NCBI GenBank assembly: GCA_000165425.1
Contig: CT868307.1
Location: 186,001-250,000, forward strand
Direction: 5' to 3'
Origin: Paramecium tetraurelia
Lineage: Eukaryota
DNA: 64,000 bases
Below are positions 55,830 through 64,000 of this stretch, in pieces. The position numbers and the translations under genes are program-made. The notes beneath the pieces are model-generated. The model was not told where the DNA came from and did not search any database. It was given only the letters and a program-made list of their open reading frames with translations. Every line of letters begins with the position of its first letter. The first letter of the stretch is position 1.

Positions 55830-58800
55830 ATGAACCCTTTTTTTCTATTTATTTTCGAAATCAAACAAGAGATAGCTTCTAAATATGGAAATAGCATTGC
55901 CTTTATAATTATTCATTATTTCATCCTCCTTATCAACCATTATCATAAGTAAGTAAAGAAAAGAATTTTAATTAATTAGTTATATGATTATAGCTTAGAC
56001 AAGAGATTCGAGCAATTCAAATTTGTCGTCGTTAATCAATTAACTAGACGTCAGCAATATTATATATTCTCACCAAGATGTTACATTTATCATATCAATT
56101 ATCCAATTTGCCTTATCATTATTTGTCACAATGATTGTAATTATATTACTTTACAAAAGAAATCATAATAAGGCTGAGCAAATATAGTTCAGCACCCTTG
56201 GAAATGTAATCATCTCGTTTATATAGATTTTTATAAGATCCATTAGAATAATATACTGGATTCTGTGTTATCTGCTATTATTGGTATCTACTTATAATGT
56301 CATGATAGCCTATGACTTAACTTAATTTCTATCGATGTTCGTTATAATATTTGTAATTTTCTTTACTTTTTTTCATGACTTTGTATTGCTGAATGACAAT
56401 TTTAATAAGTAAGACTTTTTGAATATTGCCCAACCTAAACCCTATATTTTTACCACTTGGATTAAATTGGTTTAATGTGGATTTTCGAGTTACTTTTATA
56501 AAAACCAAACTTCTCATGTACAAATAATAATAATTTTAGATGATTTATTTGCTTATTAGTTTTGCATTATCTTTTCTCAATTACATTTAATTGTAGTATT
56601 TTATGGTAATTTTTGGAAAGTATGATATAGATTAAACCTTTCACTTAGTTAATCTAGTTTATTTTGGATAAAGCTTAGGATTGTGTTGATCCAATACCTC
56701 ATTAATATAGATGATCCTTATACCTTAACAACAATTTTGATCATAATTAATCTTGTTGTCGTGCACAATAGTTTCAGAAAGTGGTACTTAGAACATCAGT
56801 TCACCAGTTGCAAAGACGTATCGAATCGAGTTTTGCTTTTACATTGGTTCAGAGAATTATAAAGTTCAAATGTATATTATATGGGAATTATAATTAAACA
56901 TTATAATCACCCGAATAATAAGAAATGCTTTTTAAGACAAAAGGCCATTTTCTACAGCGGTAAGAAATTCGCCAAGTACACTAACATAACTACCAAGAAG
57001 CATAACATCTAAAAACACAAGGGCTTATTCGTGAAATTCTATATCAAATGCTTGCTTGAAACTTAACTGAAACAATAACCTAACTCATCTGAATTAAGAT
57101 TATTATATGCAGAAATCTTATTCTATAAATTTAGTTTAATCAATGAATCATTCAGATAAATATAGAAGATCAAATCGAATTTCAATTTTAACTAATAACT
57201 GAGAATCATATAGTTAAAATTATCTATTCATAAAAAATTAAAGGAAAACAGTTCATTAAGTTATCGATCCAAACTGCCTTTTGAAAATATGTTGAAATGC
57301 GAAGAATAAATGAAGGATTTTGTTAAAGCTTTTCTTAAAATAACTGAGTTATAGATCATTTTTTGGAAAGGCTAACTTGGGTAATTTATCTCCATTTAAA
57401 ATTAAATTAATATAAGTTAAGAAATTTTAAATGAAATTTAAATTTGTCAAGCTAATTGGAAGAGCATTCATTTTATTAATCCAATTGATGAATAGAATAT
57501 GTTTATAAAATTTAGATGGAGATTCTTCTACCTGTTTTTTAAACTCTATATCCTCCATAAAAAATTAAAAGTACAAGAATTAAAAGAACTGCCTGATCAA
57601 ATTCTTAAGTCATAATAAATATTTTAAGATGAGAAAATAGATGAAAGATCTTCAAGTGAAGATGAAACTTAAGGGAAAGTCTATTATTAAACTAATTCTA
57701 TAATTTCTTCTAATAACTTATTTTTTCGTGTTGATAAATTTGGAGAAATCATTACCGTTAGTTAATCATCACTATAAATGCTCGGGAGACACTAAAATGA
57801 ATACAGAGGTGCTAGGGTTGAAATCTTAATGCCAGACATAATCAAAGAGAATCATAATTACTTCTTAAAATTATTCTATAAAACTGGGCAATCTGAAAAT
57901 TTATATAAAAGAAGATCTATTTTAGTTAAACACAGCAAAGGACATTGTTTTAAAGCCCAAAAATATTTAAAATATCTATTTAATTTAGAATAAAACAGAT
58001 TTGAGTATTTTAGTATGTTGAGAAAAGTCTCAAGTCGATCTTAATACATTATCTTGAATTCAAAATGGGAGATTGATTCATCTAGTGAATTTATTTATTA
58101 AATTTTCGGCGAGTTTAAACTCCCTTTTCTATCTTTGTGTCCAAAAGCCATTTCCTATACTGAATTTGCTTAATACCTTACTACATACGACATGAAAATT
58201 TTAAGTTTGAAATTATGTTCTTTTGGTAGTAGGGAGAGAATTCAAGATAGGAAATTTACCTTTAGAAGATAAAACGATTAAACATTTAGTAACAAATCAA
58301 TACATGAATTTACAAGCTTAGTTTTTAAAAGAGAATTGGAAGAAAAGTAAAAATAGAATGTAGTTAAAGTCTTTTAATAAGTTCTTGAAGAAGACAATGA
58401 AATTGATGGGGCTGCAAAATTGAATAAATTAAGCCATATTAAATTAAACATTAGAGTTCCCGTATACAAAGCTGAATTTCAAGAAGATTATAATAAATAT
58501 GATACTTAAATGAATAATATATTTTATAGCGCGGAAAGTTTGAAAAGGCTAATTTTCAGAAATGGCAATGGAAAAATAAGAGTTGATAAATTTGAATTTC
58601 TTTAACGGTATAGATGGGTTAAAGATTAAAGAATGAAGTTTATATATTCTAAAATCAGTAAGTATTTAAATTAAAATAGAATATTTATTTGAACATTATT
58701 GCTAGGAGTAAGTTCTTGAGAAAGTGTTAAAAGTGGATGCTAATTTGAAGTTCTATAAAACTCTGAACAACACCTCATTCTACATAGTAAAGATTAATCG

Positions 58801-61030
58801 TTTAGAAGTCTATGATGAAACCACAAATAACAATGACAAATAGGACATGTAATTCTTTAATTCAAATTCCTTCAAACCCTATACTTCAGCCCTTGTTCAA
58901 GAAGTTGCTTTAATTACTTAATCAGAAGCATATACCTTGAAAAACCAAAGTGGCTATTAATATTCTGGTAAATATCATTTGTTATCATTTAGATATGGAA
59001 TTTGTAACCAATAGAGACAATAATTTTAAGCCTTTATTGATTGGTCATGCATTGAGAGAGGACTTTCTAGAACAAGGTTCGAACACTATATATAGTTTAA
59101 ATGAATAAAATAATCCTTTTATAAAAGAAGAAATTAATAAAATATCGAAGAGGAATCACAAGTTAAGTTTGCTAGTCTTCTTAAATAGATGTTTATTTTT
59201 TATAGAAATACTGCTTATTTGTTTCACTTACTTTTTTTGCTCATTTTATTACAATCCTTTAACATTACATAATTCTGTTATTCTATTGGGTCACGTATAT
59301 CAAATTTCACTAATAACTGTTTAGTCATATAATTACATCATTGATGTAGGTTTAATGAATGAAAATAAATTGACTAGTTTATTGATTGTCAACCCAACAA
59401 CTAAATTCAATACAACAGGGTAATTTTTATAATTTGTTCAAACAGAAATCGAAGAAGAATACACATTCATCTATAACATTTACACAGATTACGATTTTGT
59501 ATCTATGGTTTATTCTGGGTTTTATATTAACAACTCGGATGTTAGTGGTTTGGATATCTTCGATTAGTATTAGCTTAATTTACTGTAATTCAACTTTTCA
59601 GAAAAGGGATCAATCAATTTAAATGATACTATTATATTACATTTTAGAGACTATATGGTTCCTTATGGATAACAATTGATGTAGGATTCAATTGTTTCAA
59701 GGATTAATGAAGCTATACTCTATTAAACCCAGTCCATTGATAATCTCATACTGTTCATGATCTTCTTATTTTCAGTTTTGATGATTAATTCAGTCTTTTC
59801 ATTGGTAATTAAATATTAGTTTCGAAAACGATGTTAATACTATTTACAATATTGTTGCCAATATACCAAAGGATGATAAAGTAAAAGCAATGATGCAATA
59901 TCAAACACTATTTACTCAATTAAATGCTCTATTTGAAGAAGAATGTAAAAGTTTTAATATAAATTAGAATATGGATACAAAAAAAAATCTATGCATGCTT
60001 TAAATGCAGATACTATAATGTATATATAAAGATAAACTTAGATAACAAGATTTTGAGATTATTGAAGTAGAGAAAGCCAACTAAAAAAGAAATAAAGCTA
60101 GAGTTATTAGATTACCTAAATATTAATTAAATGTATTAATCCTTATCATTTTAGACTATTATTGCTCTTGTATTCTATTTAGCTATCATACTTGTTTTAT
60201 TTATATTAGTTTATTATTTCATTTGGATGAATCAAATGCAAACGAAGTAAATCTTTTTGGATAACAATTATTTAGCTCAAACAAACTATTTTTGGATAAT
60301 TACATTGCTTAAAGAAGTATATAATTATCAATATTAAGAAATTCATTTATGATAACTATTTGAACTCCTCCTTTTATCCAAATATAACATAATTTAGATT
60401 CCAAGAATTTCTTGATGATATGGCAGTAACCTCCCCTCTCTTATACTAAACAACATTAAGCGATATCTAGCGCATTTTTGATGAAACATTATGCGATTAT
60501 TATTCTTATGGTACAAATATCAATTAAATGTTTAGATGAATCTGCAACTTACATCTTCTATGAATAATTCTGTCCTGAAATATTGAATGGAGCCTTGAAA
60601 CGAGGATTAAAATAATTCAACATACTATTATCATAAGTAGTAATAAAAGCTTTGAACCCATATGATGAAAGATATGAAGATTTCAAGATAGAAGACCTTG
60701 CACAATATCAAATATCTTTTCAAATTATTTATGAAATATTTTAGAAGTCCTTTCAGATTTGGGCTTCAAATGCTGAAGATATATTATCAAAAACCTCAGA
60801 TTTAAGTCTAGTGTCTTTGTAATTATATCTAATTATTTTTCAGCATCATTCAACTTTTAGTGATCATTGTCCTTTACTTTGGTTTACTGGAATATTATTT
60901 ATTTAATAAGCTACAAAAAGATTTCGATTTCAGTAAAAACTACTACAGATACTTCATGTTGAATTAAACTATGAATTAAGTGAAGACTATGAGAGTAGAT
61001 ATGATAAGAACTGGCTTATTATCCAAATGA
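55830..61030 (+). CDS. Large multi-pass membrane protein with helical and PAS domains (TmcB/TmcC-like family)
   Basis: N-terminal TMs; LKQQPNSSELRLLYAEILFYK; PAS-like GEIITVSQSSLQMLG..VEILMPDIIKENHNYFL..KHSKGHCF; C-terminal TMs and CPEILNGALKRGL; TGA at 61028-61030. Confidence 0.8.
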
Positions 61031-61122
61031 TACATTTATAATTATAGCACTTATTAGTCCAAATATTTAAATATTACAATTTATAGAGCATTTTACAATA
61101 TTAATGAAAATCTATTATTCAT

Positions 61123-62130
61123 TCAAAAAAATTTACATTCTACATTTTATATCTGATACTTAGATGCTTACTATAAAGATTCATATAGTAATCTGAGTGC
61201 TTGATAATCTAATTCTGAACTCTATTGTTGCCCATGATAATTTTCAATAAAAAATACGCTTTCCCTTTGGATCTTCAGAGATTAGACTATCGATTCTATT
61301 CTGTAATCAACATATAATTAATAATCGTCATGATGCCTAAATTTATATTCTAATTTATCCAACTGAGTTAAGATTATAAATGGATTGTCATAACCCTTTT
61401 ATTTGACAAGACTTAGAATTTATTAATAAAATTCTGTCTCTTCTTTTCCATTAGGAACCTTATCTAAACTACCATCTAAAACTATAAGGACTTAATGGGG
61501 AATATAGGTTCCACAACTAATGATTTCTTGAGGGAATAACTCGCAGTCTTGTTTCCAGAACTCCCATAATTTATAGGCATATCTATAAGTCCTTTATTCA
61601 ACCAGACTCATATTTTTTACTTTTCCTTCGAGCATTAATTCCACTTATTTGTTTTCCTTAGAACTTAAGTGAATCTGTCCTCTAGTATCGAGAATGTTGA
61701 TTTAACAATTTTAAATTAAATGTGAATTCATTTTCGAAAATATTTAATTTTTAGTTGACTATAGCAAATTTATGCTTTGAAAGTGCTTGGTCCCTTCATT
61801 ATGCAATAAATCTTTTATACACAATGCTTCTGGTAATGTTTGTGTTTAATTTAAACTAGTATTAAATGTTCTAATTAATGATGACTTTCCAGAGCCACTG
61901 GGCCCAAAGAGTATAATATTGCATCTTTATAATTAATTGAATGTTTTTATTTTCTATCTCAGATCATCACAAGTCTTTTTATAAATTTATTCCTATCTCG
62001 TGGGAATCGGTTCATATTAAGGTTATTGCTGATGAGTTTTAATAAATGGAGATCTATTAGTACCACTTGAAGATCTTTTGGTGATTGACTATTTAGGTTT
62101 TTGTGCCTAATTAACGTATATCATATTCAT
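61123..62130 (-). CDS. IFI44-like P-loop GTPase with C-terminal CaaX motif
   Basis: Intronless, 335 aa: NIILFGPSGSGKSSLI (G1), ILDTRG (G3), PHQVLIVLDGS, PFIILTQLD (G4-like), VFFIENY; ends ECKFF-stop. Confidence 0.75.
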
Positions 62131-62740
62131 TAATTATTGAGTATATATTTTATATGAAATATTAAAAATTTGTTAACTATTTAATTTCCCTTAACCATTA
62201 CATTTATTGAATTTAAGTCATTGCTTATCTATTTCTCTATTAATTTTGATTCATTCAAAATGTAACATAATTTAATAATAATTGCATCTATCTAAGTAAG
62301 TAGGTTTTAATAACTTGAATTATTATTTGTCCAATAGGAATATTATTTTTATATTCAAATTTTAATCTTCATAATAAATGGTTGTTAAATATAACTTGTT
62401 GACTATTTTTAGATTTTTTATTTAGAATCTAATAATTAGCAAAGTAGTTATTAACAGAATTTGAAAATTTTAAAATTATAAAAATATTAATAAAACAGTT
62501 AAGGAAATGGGATGATCATATTATCTGACCATGTAAAATTTGTAAACAAAATCTCATTTGAATATTTGTTTTTCTCCTTTTTTAATGTTTACATTAATTT
62601 TAGGAATAACCTAGCTAAATTTATTTTTCTAATCATAATGTAAATTTTAAAGAAAATACTTAAGGTTTCAAGTGAAAAAATCCTTTTAGAATTTAGGTAA
62701 AATGTGATAACATATCCAAACCAAATTGTCAAATTTAAAT

Positions 62741-63433
62741 ATGAATAATAATTAATCAGTTCCTGATATAGGAGAGTAAGAAGATGATCTTTAAACAATA
62801 AAGAAAACTGAAAATGAAGATTTTATTTTGTCATATAATTAATGCACTGAGTAATCTTCCTCATTTGGAAGGAAACTAAACTAATAGCTTTGGTAAGAAT
62901 TCTACAAATAGGAATTGATTTATTAGAAAAGGAAGAATCCATAAGCAAATCATAATGAATTAACTTCATTAATTTCAAAAAAGTGGAAAAGCAAGAAATA
63001 AGATAAGAAGACTGTTAATAAATTGAAATTGAAAATAAAACTAGAAAGTATTGCTGATTTTGCTGCTTAAACCAAGAATAATAAATAGATAGCCATTCTT
63101 AATAAAGAAGAACAAAAAGATGATCTTGCTGAAAAGCTTAAAACTTCAACTTTCAAGTTAATTTATTTAGATAATATTTGTGAACTTAAAGGAGAGGCAA
63201 TTTTAGAAGCAATAAAAGGTAATCTTCAGCTCATCTACATAAATAAATCTAATGATATTGAATAATTAGATATCTCTAATTAGGATAAATCCAAATCGAC
63301 CAAAAGTTGCCCAGAACCCTAAGAATAAAAGGAAAGCTTTGTTATGTCTTCAAAGGATTCAGAAAATGAGCCTGTAAATGACGAAAATGAATCATATTTT
63401 GAAATAGCGAATAACATAATGAATTATTTATGA
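62741..63433 (+). CDS. Hypothetical protein with possible HMG-box
   Basis: 230-aa open frame containing WQEFYKQELIYQKRKNPQANHNELTSLISKKWKS; start codon provisional. Confidence 0.55.
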
Positions 63434-63679
63434 AAATTTATGAAAATTAACATCTAATTATAATATTATTATGTTAACGATTAAAAGTGAATCTGAAAGT
63501 AGGATCTTCATTTTTCTTTGAAGTAAACTTACTGTTGAATGTGCTGTCTACCACAAAGATCGAAAAATATATATTAAAATACATCAGATTATTGTTATGT
63601 AATAGCTGATTAGTCATTCGAATAAAAATTGTATTTATGATTTTAATTTTAAGAGTAATAAATAAATATAAAAATATTG

Positions 63680-64000
63680 ATGGATTAGCAAGAATCAGCA
63701 AGATCAATTAACATAAGTTTATGATGAAATTATTATTAGTTTAGGTTCATCAAGATATTCTGATAAATTTTAACCATAATTAATCCACATGAATTAGAAG
63801 CAAATTTAAAAGAATAAGGACGATAGTTAAGAATTTAGTCCTATTTATGAGAAATCTTATGATGACATTGTTCAAGAGAAGCCATAGAGGTAAACTAGAG
63901 GAAATTTTAAAAAATCCTTAAATTACCATGTAAGAGAAATTTAAATTAATTTTAGTCAACCTCAATTAATCCACTAGAAAAAGTATAAAATATCAGAGGT
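63680..64000 (+). CDS. 5' end of a hypothetical protein (runs off window)
   Basis: MDQQESARSINI-SSSRYSDKFQPQ...EFSPIYEKSYDDIVQEKP...; requires 2 small GT..AG introns. Confidence 0.5.

Noticed and set aside
63470..63630. Possible snoRNA or hairpin (CTTCA..TGAAG, CTGA)
   Set aside because: No convincing C/D or H/ACA box pairing or guide sequence.

Overview
AT-rich, gene-dense eukaryotic DNA from a ciliate, almost certainly a Paramecium macronuclear (somatic) chromosome. TAA/TAG read as Gln, TGA is the only stop, and introns are 22-29 nt GT...AG, so the supplied standard-code ORF track shows only fragments or antisense shadows. Manual translation with the ciliate code gives about 21 genes: a histidine phosphatase (partial), an Sfi1-like coiled-coil protein, two kinases of one family plus a frameshifted pseudogene of that family, an ~11.5 kb fibrocystin-L/PKHD1L1-like gene, CK2 alpha, three trichocyst matrix protein (TMP) genes, two TmcB/PAS-type membrane proteins, a probable catalytically dead kinesin-like protein, a four-domain Cav-like channel, Mak16, TAF1, an IFI44-like GTPase, a possible HMG-box protein and several hypotheticals. 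The most notable observations are a shared YCGTTTTT element just upstream of all three TMP genes, a D/D/D/D pore ring in the channel, an IFI44-like GTPase ending in a CaaX box, the pseudo-kinesin, and a CK2 with DFG/SPE instead of DWG/GPE. All assignments come from reading by eye and recalled family motifs; no database search was run, and some start codons and introns are provisional.
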